Shown: piece by piece, positions 8,315 through 16,451 of the stretch
How the letters are laid out: every line of letters begins with the position of its first letter
Position numbering within the stretch: position 1 is the stretch's first letter
Assembly (NCBI GenBank): GCA_027492035.1
Contig: JAOZFT010000021.1
Location: 1 to 19,135 of the forward strand
DNA from: Thermoproteota archaeon
Lineage (GTDB): Archaea; Korarchaeota; JAOZGF01; JAOZFZ01
DNA length: 19,135 bases
Direction: 5' to 3'
Program-made: the position numbers and the translations under genes
Notes under the pieces: model-generated
Told to the model about the DNA's origin: nothing
The model's database searches: none
Seen by the model: only the letters and a program-made list of their open reading frames with translations

Positions 8315-9844
8315 ATGCTTTTCGATTCGGTTGAAGAAAACCCGAAAATAGTCGATTTAAATTCTGTAAGTTTAGGGTTGCCTACCTTACTCCTAATGGA
8401 GAATGCAGGAAGGGAAGTCGCGAAAGAAATAATTAAAAGAAGGAAAGTGGAAAAAGAAAAAGTGATTGTTTTCTGTGGTACAGGAAACAACGGAGGAGAT
8501 GGTTTGGTTGCGGCACGCCACTTAGCTAACTATGGAGCAAAGGTAACTGTTGTTTTATTGGGTAAACCTGGAGAAATAAAAACTGAGGAAGCTAAAACTA
8601 ACTGGAAAATTATCCAAAACATGGTTTTCACAGTGAAGAAACAATTTTTAAGGGATACTTCAAACCTTAAAAAAATAAAGGAGTTAATTAAAGAAGCAAA
8701 AGTCGTGGTGGATGCTATACTGGGGACAGGTTTAGAGGGGAAACTAAGAGAACCCTACCTCTCACTCGTGAAATTAATAAACGAATCAGAAATCTTCAAA
8801 GTTTCAGTTGACACACCAACTGGTTTAAACCCTGAAACAGGAGAAATTCACGGTATAGCTGTAAAGGCCGACTTAACAGTTACAATGGGTAAAATGAAGA
8901 AAGGGTTCAAAGGCAAGGAAGAGGTAACAGGGGAAGTAGTAGTTGCAGAAATAGGTTCACCGAAAGAAGCTGAAGTAATAGCTGGGGGAGGAGACTTAAT
9001 GCACGTAATTAAACCCAGAAACATTTACTCACACAAAGGAGACTTTGGAAGAGTACTTATAATTGGGGGAAGCAAGTACTACAGTGGAGCTCCTGCACTT
9101 GCAGCCTTAGCAGCCCTTAACACAGGGGTTGATTTAACTTTTATATTCTGCCCTGAAGAAATAAGTAATGTGTTGAGGGGGTACAGCCCAAACTTGATAG
9201 TTAGAAGCTACCCAGGGTCCTACCTAAACAAAGAAAGCATCAACCACCTCAAAAAACTACTGGACGAAAGTGACAGCGTAATAATTGGTCCAGGTTTAGG
9301 GCTGGAAAGAGAAATAAAAGAAGCAGCTGTTAAAATTTTGAAGGAAGCAGTTAGGAAAAATAAACCAGTACTTGTTGATGCTGATGGTTTAAAAGCCTTA
9401 AAGGGAAAGCTTCAACAAATTAGGAGTGAAAAAATTGTTTTGACACCCCACAGTGGAGAATACAAGTACTTGTTCGGCGAAGAATTACCTGAACAAAGAA
9501 ACCTTGAAGAAAGAGTGTTAAAGGTTAAGGAAACAGCTAAAAAACATGGTTTAACCTTAACTGTTAAGGGACATGTAGACATTGTTTCTAATGGAGAGAA
9601 AGTGAAAGTCAATTTTACAGGGAATCCTGGAATGACTGTTGGAGGAACAGGTGACGTACTTTCAGGGATAATAGCAGCTTTTCTTTCATGGAAAACAAGC
9701 ACTTTCAGAGCTGCGGTTGCAGGAACATACCTGTGCGGTTTAGCAGGTGACAAAGCATTTGAAAAGAAGGGATACCAATTAACAGCTACAGACGTAATCA
9801 AAGAAATACCCTACATACTTAAAAACCAACAAATAAAAGCTTAA
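8315..9844 (+). CDS. nnr: Bifunctional NAD(P)H-hydrate repair enzyme Nnr: N-terminal NAD(P)H-hydrate epimerase (YjeF_N) and C-terminal ADP-dependent (S)-NAD(P)H-hydrate dehydratase.
   Basis: YjeF_N Gly-rich motif VFCGTGNNGGDGLVAARHL. The C-terminal carbohydrate-kinase-like dehydratase has GGSKYYSGAPALAALAAL and GGTGDVLSGIIAAFL. ATG start with GGAAGGTG about 10 nt upstream. Confidence 0.9.
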   Translation: MLFDSVEENPKIVDLNSVSLGLPTLLLMENAGREVAKEIIKRRKVEKEKVIVFCGTGNNGGDGLVAARHLANYGAKVTVVLLGKPGEIKTEEAKTNWKIIQNMVFTVKKQFLRDTSNLKKIKELIKEAKVVVDAILGTGLEGKLREPYLSLVKLINESEIFKVSVDTPTGLNPETGEIHGIAVKADLTVTMGKMKKGFKGKEEVTGEVVVAEIGSPKEAEVIAGGGDLMHVIKPRNIYSHKGDFGRVLIIGGSKYYSGAPALAALAALNTGVDLTFIFCPEEISNVLRGYSPNLIVRSYPGSYLNKESINHLKKLLDESDSVIIGPGLGLEREIKEAAVKILKEAVRKNKPVLVDADGLKALKGKLQQIRSEKIVLTPHSGEYKYLFGEELPEQRNLEERVLKVKETAKKHGLTLTVKGHVDIVSNGEKVKVNFTGNPGMTVGGTGDVLSGIIAAFLSWKTSTFRAAVAGTYLCGLAGDKAFEKKGYQLTATDVIKEIPYILKNQQIKA

Positions 9845-9863
9845 AACTTTCTTAAAAAGTTTT
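9843..9863 (+). terminator. Perfect 8-bp hairpin (AAAACTTT-cttaa-AAAGTTTT) overlapping the nnr stop codon. Possible 3'-end structure.
   Basis: Seen directly in the sequence. It is followed by GGCAAAAAG rather than an oligo-T, so terminator function is uncertain. Confidence 0.25.
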
Positions 9864-9936
9864 GGCAAAAAGAAATCAAAAGAAACCCTTAGAAACACTC
9901 CAGAAAAAAGGTTAAGGTTTCCCTTTCAATGAAAAT

Positions 9937-11067
9937 TCAGTGTGTTACCTTTTTTAGTACTTGGTTAAAGTAGTTTGGGCCATAACTTAAAGCAATTTGT
10001 TTATATACTCTTTCACTGGTTACAACTTCTTCTACTCTACCCTGAACTACCCCCTTCTCCCCTTCTTTCAATTGACCCCTGAATTCTTCAACAAAGGAGA
10101 TTACCTGCATAACTTCTTGTCCCTCTCCTTTCAAAACCTTAACTGGTTCAATTTTGTAAATTGAAGGCATGAAGAAGGCTTCTGATGCATCTGTCACTTC
10201 AAACAAGATTTTACACCAACCTAAATCCTTTATTTCTTTTATTTCTAAATAGTTGTTTTTTATTTCGTTCCATTCCTTAACTGGTTCAAACTCAACTTTA
10301 ACTTTCCTCCCTAATTTTTTTGGGTTATAAACTGCGTAAATGAGTTTCCTTTTCTGATGAAACCAAAACTCTTTCTTTGTTAAGTTTGTGAAGTGCCAAT
10401 GGTGGAGGGGTGTTTCGCTGTTCCATTTTTCAAATTCGTTTCTTAAATTTGAAAATTGTGAATTATAGATTTCTTTTAATGTTTCACGAAGTTTGTGAAG
10501 GTTTCTTCTACCGTAAATAATTAAGTCTATGTCACTGTATAGGGGATTATGGAAATTATGCAGTATAGAACCGAAAACCCCAAAAGCTCTTAGTTTTAAA
10601 CCGGATAAACTCTGAATTTCAGAAATTAGATTTTTTAAGGTTAAAATTAATGGGTCGCCATTCCCTTTTTCAAGGATTTCTTTCAGTTTATGTTTAGGCT
10701 TCCTTAACTCCTTTATTTGGTTCATTTTCAAACCTACAAGTTTCTTCTTTAGTGGAGCATAGTATATCCTGTACTTGGGGAAGTTCTTTTCAATAAACTT
10801 TAAACCTCCATCAAAATAGAACTTGAAAAATTTTCCGTTTCTCCCTTCCCTTAAAGCTTTAGGTTCATCTGGCTTGTACAGTTTTTCAGGTGCATATTCT
10901 AAGTCACAAACACAACCGTCAGGTGGATGAGTGTAACCGTATACTCTAAAAATTAAACCCTCCTCGGTGACAGGCGCATCCCTATCTCTAAAAAACATTG
11001 AAGAAACCTCCAAATAATCTGAGCACAGGAGAAAGTTAAGAAGCAAAATTTGTTTAAGAATTTTCAA
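9937..11067 (-). CDS. Uncharacterised multi-domain nucleotidyltransferase of the Pol-beta superfamily. The true start is probably the ATG at 10996-10998, giving 354 aa, which is preceded by GGAGGT.
   Basis: Core NTase signature FGVFGSILHNFHNPLYSDIDLIIYG (hG[GS]-x9-13-DhDh). The N-terminal ~130 aa has a conserved-looking GYTHPPDGCVCDLEYAP block. The C-terminal ~150 aa is a charged domain. The first 23 codons of the longest ORF lack an SD, whereas the ATG at 10998 has tttGGAGGTttcttcaATG. Confidence 0.6.
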   Translation of the reverse strand: MKILKQILLLNFLLCSDYLEVSSMFFRDRDAPVTEEGLIFRVYGYTHPPDGCVCDLEYAPEKLYKPDEPKALREGRNGKFFKFYFDGGLKFIEKNFPKYRIYYAPLKKKLVGLKMNQIKELRKPKHKLKEILEKGNGDPLILTLKNLISEIQSLSGLKLRAFGVFGSILHNFHNPLYSDIDLIIYGRRNLHKLRETLKEIYNSQFSNLRNEFEKWNSETPLHHWHFTNLTKKEFWFHQKRKLIYAVYNPKKLGRKVKVEFEPVKEWNEIKNNYLEIKEIKDLGWCKILFEVTDASEAFFMPSIYKIEPVKVLKGEGQEVMQVISFVEEFRGQLKEGEKGVVQGRVEEVVTSERVYKQIALSYGPNYFNQVLKKVTH

Positions 11068-11497
11068 AAAGGAAACATTAAAAACTTTTTTTAGTCACCT
11101 TAAACGCGGTGCTTCCTGCCTTTTCGTTAGCTTAATTTCTTTTTAACCAAGCTTTAGTTCTATGTAGGGGAAAGGATGTAGGAACAAGTTTTACTTATTT
11201 TTAACCTTTTTTTAGCTACAGTTCTGATTCTTATCCTATATCTTCCACTTGGAAGCCTTATTGCTTTAATTTTGCCCTCTTTAATTCATTTAACTACCAT
11301 ATGCCCATCGAACCCAAGAATAAGAGACATATGAATCTATCTAAACATTAATAGTTTCACAAGACGTGGGAAGTGGGTAAAAATAAAAAGAAACACAATT
11401 TTCTATAACTTTGAAAGAAGGAGTTGAAAAACATGTCTTTAAAGACTTCAAGGTTTGAAGAAGATTCCAGAAGAAACTTTAGTTAATGTGAGAAAAA

Positions 11498-12820
11498 TTG
11501 ACTTCAATAACCTTTTATGGGGGAGTAAATGAAGTAGGTGGAAATAAGGTTTTAGTGAAAGATGAAGACGCGAAAGTATTCTTGGATTTCGGGACAAGCT
11601 TCACCAAAAAGAGGAATTTCTACCAAGAACCTTTAATGAAGCCTAAAATGTTTAAGGAACTTTTCAAATTTAATTTATTACCGGAAATTGAAGGATTATA
11701 CTTTTTTAGCACTTCGCAACCCGAAATAGATGGTGTGTTTATTTCTCACGGCCACAGGGATCATTCTGGCTACATCTCATTTTTAAAAAGGGAAATACCT
11801 GTTTTTTGCGGGGAAACAACAAAGGAAATACTGGAGGGGGTTTTTGAAACCCAGCCTAGGAGCTACGAAAACAATATTTCAGGTTTAAAATTTAAAACCT
11901 TCAGGACAGGTGACAAAATAAAAATAGGCTCTTTAACAATTGAGCCGGTTCACTGTGACCACTCAATCCCGGGAGCCTACGGCTTTATTATTTACACTTC
12001 TTCGGGAAGCATTGTTTACACGGGAGATTTCAGGATGCATGGAAAAAAACCTGAGTTGACACAGGATTTCGTAGAAAAAGCTGAAAAAGCTGAACCAGTT
12101 GCCTTAATCACTGAAGCCACAAATTTAACATCTGGGAAAGTTATGAGTGAAAAGGAATTGAAAGAGAAACTGAAAAAATCTGTTAAAAAAACAAAGGAGT
12201 TAGTTTTAGTTAATTTTGCATTAACAGACACGGATAGGTTAAACAGTTTCTACAATGTAGCCGAAGAAACCGGTAGAAAATTAGTTGTAACAACCAAACA
12301 AGCTTACTTGCTTAAAAAACTTGAAAAGGACAAAAGGCTAAACCTACCCAAACTGAGAGAATTAACTGTTTTTTCAAGAGAGAAAAAAAGGGTTTATAGG
12401 TGGGAGAAGGAAATAATTGAGCAAACAGAAACAATTGATTCAGCTTCGCTAGCTAAGAAACAAAACAAATACATAACCATACTTCCATTCTACAGCTTCC
12501 AAGAACTGTTGACAATTAAACCTGAACCAGGAAGCGTTTTTATCCACTCCTCTTCAGAACCTTTCAACGAAGAACAGGAAGTAGAGTACGAAAAACTGGA
12601 AAACTGGTTAATTGCCTTCGGTCTACCGCAGTACCATTTACATGTGTCCGGTCACATAATGCCGTTGGAGTTGCGGGAAGTAATTGAAAGAATTAAACCT
12701 AAAAAGGTTTTCCCAATCCACACTGAACACCCTGAACTCTTCAAAAAATTCATGAAAGACTTAAAAGGAGAAATAGAAATAGTTGAACATGGAAAGGAAT
12801 ATACCTTGGACAAAATTTAA
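11498..12820 (+). CDS. Metallo-beta-lactamase / beta-CASP ribonuclease (archaeal RNase J / aCPSF2-like).
   Basis: MBL motifs ISHGHRDHSGY (HxHxDH), TGDFRMHG, CDHS and a C-terminal His (HVSGH). The N-terminal ITFYGGVNEVGGNK matches the LGG..EIG.N start of RNase J-like enzymes. The only in-frame start is the TTG at 11498, with a stop 9 nt upstream. Confidence 0.75.
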   Translation: MTSITFYGGVNEVGGNKVLVKDEDAKVFLDFGTSFTKKRNFYQEPLMKPKMFKELFKFNLLPEIEGLYFFSTSQPEIDGVFISHGHRDHSGYISFLKREIPVFCGETTKEILEGVFETQPRSYENNISGLKFKTFRTGDKIKIGSLTIEPVHCDHSIPGAYGFIIYTSSGSIVYTGDFRMHGKKPELTQDFVEKAEKAEPVALITEATNLTSGKVMSEKELKEKLKKSVKKTKELVLVNFALTDTDRLNSFYNVAEETGRKLVVTTKQAYLLKKLEKDKRLNLPKLRELTVFSREKKRVYRWEKEIIEQTETIDSASLAKKQNKYITILPFYSFQELLTIKPEPGSVFIHSSSEPFNEEQEVEYEKLENWLIAFGLPQYHLHVSGHIMPLELREVIERIKPKKVFPIHTEHPELFKKFMKDLKGEIEIVEHGKEYTLDKI

Positions 12821-12898
12821 TTACGGAAAAAAGAAATTTCCTAATTTTAAAAAAAAGTTATTAATGGCAAGGTGATTAGAGAAGTTTAAGGGATTATT

Positions 12899-13768
12899 TT
12901 GCTAAAAGGTTTAGAGTTGCTTCGGTGGTGTCTTGTTTTGGTCGTTATCGGCTTAGATTTAGGAGGCAGCACAACCAAGGCTGTTGCCATGGATGAAGAT
13001 AAGATTTTGGGTTTTGCTTCCATAAAGGCCTCCGACCACATTTCAGCAGCTTCTGGGGCTTTAGGGAAAATTCTTTATAATTTAGAGATGAAATTAGTCG
13101 ATGTAACCAAGGTGGCTGCCACAGGTGTAGGTTCATTTAGTATACCTAACCGTTTCTTAGGGGTTGAAACGGTTAAAGTTGACGAAATAACTTCTATTGG
13201 TTCAGGAGGTGTTTTTCTTTCCAAGAAAAAAAGGGCTTTAGTTGTAAGTATAGGAACAGGCACTGCAATGGTTGCAGTTGATAAAGATAAGAATTTTATT
13301 AAGCACGTGGGAGGGACTGGTATTGGAGGAGGGACTTTATTTGGTTTAGGTAAGGCTTTGTTAAACAAGGATCGACTGGACACCTTGATTGAGCTAGCGA
13401 AGAAAGGAAATATTAGAAAGGTTGATTTAACGGTGGGTGAACTAGCTGGAAAATCAGTTGGTATATTATCTGAAACTGTTACTGCTTCTAATTTCGGAAA
13501 AATAAATGACAGAACAGAAAAGGAGGACTTGGCTCTTGGCTTGTTCAACTTAGTGGGCCAAGTAATCGGAACTTTATCCGTTTTTGCAGCTAAAGCTTAT
13601 GGGTTAATTAGAGACATCGTTTATGTTGGAGGATTAACTAAGGTTGAACTTTTTTCTAAACCTCTTCTGTGGTCAACAAACCTTTTCGGAGGAAAAGCCT
13701 TAATTCCGAGAAATTCTGATTACTGCACAGCAATAGGAGCAGCTTTAGCTGCGAAAAAGGGGGAATAG
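12899..13768 (+). CDS. ASKHA-fold ATPase resembling type II pantothenate kinase (CoaW/Fumble-like). The start is more likely the TTG at 12938 (MVVIGLDLGG...).
   Basis: Phosphate-1 motif IGLDLGGSTTK. Further blocks are VVSIGTGTAMVAV, KHVGGTGIGGGTLFGLGKALL, VTASNFGKI and IVYVGG...DYCTAIGAALA. By recollection these align with Staphylococcus-type PanK-II (CoaW); that comparison was not run. A BadF/BadG/BcrA-type ATPase cannot be excluded. Confidence 0.5.
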   Translation: MLKGLELLRWCLVLVVIGLDLGGSTTKAVAMDEDKILGFASIKASDHISAASGALGKILYNLEMKLVDVTKVAATGVGSFSIPNRFLGVETVKVDEITSIGSGGVFLSKKKRALVVSIGTGTAMVAVDKDKNFIKHVGGTGIGGGTLFGLGKALLNKDRLDTLIELAKKGNIRKVDLTVGELAGKSVGILSETVTASNFGKINDRTEKEDLALGLFNLVGQVIGTLSVFAAKAYGLIRDIVYVGGLTKVELFSKPLLWSTNLFGGKALIPRNSDYCTAIGAALAAKKGE

Positions 13769-14061
13769 ATCAACTATTACCCAATTAATGGGTAACAAAG
13801 GAATTTAAATTTCTAATGTAAGAAAATTAACTGCGAAGTAAAGGAAGAGATTATGGTTCAAATGGTTTTTAATAATAGAAAAAAGGAAGGACTTTGAAAA
13901 AAGTAATTAATTTTGTAACGATGTAAAAATCGAATTTACTCCCCTATAAGGCAGTTAAAATTTTCTTTATGTCAGTATGGCATTGTTCTTTTTTAAATTC
14001 ATGAAATTAAGATGTTAAAGGGGTGTTTTCAGGTTTTGAATTGTCCTGGAGGTGATGTACT

Positions 14062-15390
14062 ATGGTTGATTTGATGATTAAGAACGGTTTAGTTTTGACA
14101 ATGAATAAAGAAAGGTTAATTATTAAGGATGGCTGCGTAGCAGTTGAAGAAGGTAAAATTGTTGATTTAGGCAAGACAAAAGAAATTGAAGGGAAGTACA
14201 AAGCTGACGAAGTTATTAATGCCTCTGAAAAAATCGTCGCACCTGGTTTAATTAACACCCACACTCATTTATCTATGACTTTGTTCCGTGGCTTGATTGA
14301 CGATAAAAAACCGAAGGATTGGCTTCCTACGGTTTGGAAAATTGAGTCAAACTTAACAAGGGAAGAAGTTTATTGTGGAGCTCTTCTTGGGGCTTTAGAG
14401 TTAATTAAATCAGGAACAACAACTTTCTCCGACCATTATTTTTTTATGGAAGAAGTTGCGAAAGCTGTTAGGGAGAGCGGTTTAAGGGCTTGTTTGGCTC
14501 AAGCTCTACTGGAGCTGATGGGGCCAGATTTAGGCCAAAACAAGTTAAGTTACACTGTTGATTTCGCAAAAAAGTTTAGGGGTGCTGCTGGAGGAAGAGT
14601 TGAGACCTTCTTAGGGCCGCATGCACTTTATTCAGTAACTGAAGAAACCCTAAAGAAAATAAGGGAGGTAGCTGATAAAGAAAATTTCAGGATTCACCTC
14701 CACATGGCTGAAAGCAAATGGGAAATTGAAATGGTGAAAGAGAAGTATGGTAAAACGACAGTGGAGAAGCTTAACGAGATGGGTTTTCTTAAGCCTGACG
14801 TGGTGGGGGCTCATTCAATTTTTGTTTCTGAAAATGAAATAAAGATACTTGCCGAAAAAAGGGTGAATGTGGCCTACTGCCCAACGACCCCTATTAAAGC
14901 CGGAGTAGGAGTTGCTCCTATACCTGAAATGCTGCAAGAAGGGGTTAATGTTTCTTTGGGAACTGACGGGGCTGGAAGCAACAACACCTTGGATTTATTT
15001 AGGGAATTGAGGATGGCTGCAGTTATACATAAATTAAGAAAATTAAACCCTGAAACCTTACCAGCTTTTCAAGTTTTAGAGATGGCTACAGTTAATGGAG
15101 CAAAAACTTTAGGGATGGAGAAAGGAATAGGAAGTTTAGAAAAAGGAAAGAAAGCAGATGTAATAATTGTTGACTTCAAAAAACCTCATGTTACACCTTT
15201 CCACAACATCCCCTCTACATTAGTTTACTCAACAGTGGGTGGAGACGTGGATACAGTTATAGTGGATGGAAAGGTGGTTATGAGGGAAAGGAAGGTTTTA
15301 ACTTTGAAAGAGGAGGAAATTATTGATAAAGCGAACGCATGTTTCAAAGAATTAGTTGAAAAAGCAGGTATGGAAACGAAATTAATGTAG
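14062..15390 (+). CDS. mtaD: Amidohydrolase-superfamily deaminase, 5-methylthioadenosine/S-adenosylhomocysteine (and 5'-deoxyadenosine) deaminase MtaD/DadD-like.
   Basis: Metal-binding HxH motif in APGLINTHTHLSMTLFRG. Mid-protein HLHMAES. The C-terminal LGTDGAGSNNTLDLF is typical of the MTA/SAH deaminase subgroup. GGAGGTGA SD 8 nt upstream of the ATG. Confidence 0.8.
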   Translation: MVDLMIKNGLVLTMNKERLIIKDGCVAVEEGKIVDLGKTKEIEGKYKADEVINASEKIVAPGLINTHTHLSMTLFRGLIDDKKPKDWLPTVWKIESNLTREEVYCGALLGALELIKSGTTTFSDHYFFMEEVAKAVRESGLRACLAQALLELMGPDLGQNKLSYTVDFAKKFRGAAGGRVETFLGPHALYSVTEETLKKIREVADKENFRIHLHMAESKWEIEMVKEKYGKTTVEKLNEMGFLKPDVVGAHSIFVSENEIKILAEKRVNVAYCPTTPIKAGVGVAPIPEMLQEGVNVSLGTDGAGSNNTLDLFRELRMAAVIHKLRKLNPETLPAFQVLEMATVNGAKTLGMEKGIGSLEKGKKADVIIVDFKKPHVTPFHNIPSTLVYSTVGGDVDTVIVDGKVVMRERKVLTLKEEEIIDKANACFKELVEKAGMETKLM

Positions 15391-15486
15391 AAACAGGTTT
15401 AGAAAATAGTATAGAAATATAAAGGAAAGGGGAAAGATAAGATTATTTGAATAAAAGATATGGATTTATTTGAGGTGTTTGTTTAA

Positions 15487-15696
15487 ATGGCTATAGTGAA
15501 AGTAATTGAACTCGTCGGTTCTTCACCTAACAGTTTCGAGGAAGCAGTTAAAAACGCTGTTGAAACAGCTGCTAAAACAGTTCGAAACATTAAAGGAGTA
15601 GATATTGTGGGTTTCACTGGAAAAGTGAAGAATGGAAATATAATTGAGTTCAGAGCTAATGTGAAACTGGCCTTTGAAGTAGAAACAGTTGAATGA
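15487..15696 (+). CDS. Dodecin (small flavin-binding/storage protein).
   Basis: 69 aa. The pattern VKVIELVGSSPNSFEEAV...A..T.R......IVGF.G.V..G....F.A.VK..FEVE matches the dodecin fold and length. GAGGTG about 10 nt upstream. Confidence 0.75.
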   Translation: MAIVKVIELVGSSPNSFEEAVKNAVETAAKTVRNIKGVDIVGFTGKVKNGNIIEFRANVKLAFEVETVE

Positions 15697-15753
15697 AAAA
15701 GGAGGAAGTAAACTTTAACCTCTTAACCCACGATTAAAAAGAGAAATTTTCTT

Positions 15754-16374
15754 TCATTCCTCCTTCCTTTTTATTTCTAGTTTGAAATCTTTAAGGAATA
15801 GGTTAATTATTGGCTTCTTTAAACCGGTTTTCAATAATTCATTATTTATTTCCGGGTAGGATTTTCCTTCATTGAGGAGTTTAGAGGCTATTTTAAAGAT
15901 TGTTTCCCTTACCTCCCACGGGAAAATTATCCACGCAGAAGTTTCCTTTACGTAATAGTCAGGGATGATTATGGACCATGGCTTATAGAAGAGGGTTGCT
16001 ATTTTTACATTTGATGCCTTCTTGTTAATTACGTGCCTTTTAGCAACTAACAGGCTTTTCCCTGAATCAGCAACATCATCCACCACCAAAACTTTTTTGT
16101 TTGCAACTTCCGTAGATAGGGGCTGAGTTAGAATAGGTGTTTCCTCTGTTTCCTTTATTCCCTTGTAAAACTCAATCTTTATATTGGCCGTGTATGGGTT
16201 GTCCAGTAAATCTGACAAGATTCTGGCAGGTATCCAGCCACCTCTAGCTATTCCCACAATTACTGCAGGCTTAAATAAGCTTTTCTTTATTTTCTTAGCT
16301 AAAAAAATACACATTTCATATATGTTATTCCATGTAGGGGCAATGTACTCCTTTTCACCCATTACCATGACCAT
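15754..16374 (-). CDS. gpt: Type I purine phosphoribosyltransferase with Gpt-like (xanthine-guanine PRT) blocks, carrying a ~60-aa C-terminal extension. The start is likely one of three ATGs at 16374, 16368 or 16362; the ORF track extends it to a TTG at 16395.
   Basis: PRPP-binding motif KVLVVDDVADSGKSL. N-terminal IAPTWNNIYEMCIFLAKKI...VIVGIARGGWIPARIL and C-terminal ATLFYKP...DYYVKETSAWIIFPWE parallel the E. coli Gpt blocks (IVTWDML..., AVSRGGLVPGALL, FVTIFAKP...DDYVVDIP.DTWIEQPWD). Confidence 0.6.
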   Translation of the reverse strand: MVMVMGEKEYIAPTWNNIYEMCIFLAKKIKKSLFKPAVIVGIARGGWIPARILSDLLDNPYTANIKIEFYKGIKETEETPILTQPLSTEVANKKVLVVDDVADSGKSLLVAKRHVINKKASNVKIATLFYKPWSIIIPDYYVKETSAWIIFPWEVRETIFKIASKLLNEGKSYPEINNELLKTGLKKPIINLFLKDFKLEIKRKEE

Positions 16375-16451
16375 TAATTGATTCAAAAATGACAAAAACG
16401 AAGTAATCTATTGATAAATATTTAAACTTTATTGAAAAAAAGGTGGGATGT

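Noticed and set aside
15700-15765. Long-range complementarity GGAGGAA ... TTCCTCC bracketing the dodecin/PRTase convergent gap.
   Set aside because: The 7-bp arms are about 50 nt apart, SD-like in composition, and one arm lies inside the PRTase coding end. Probably coincidental.
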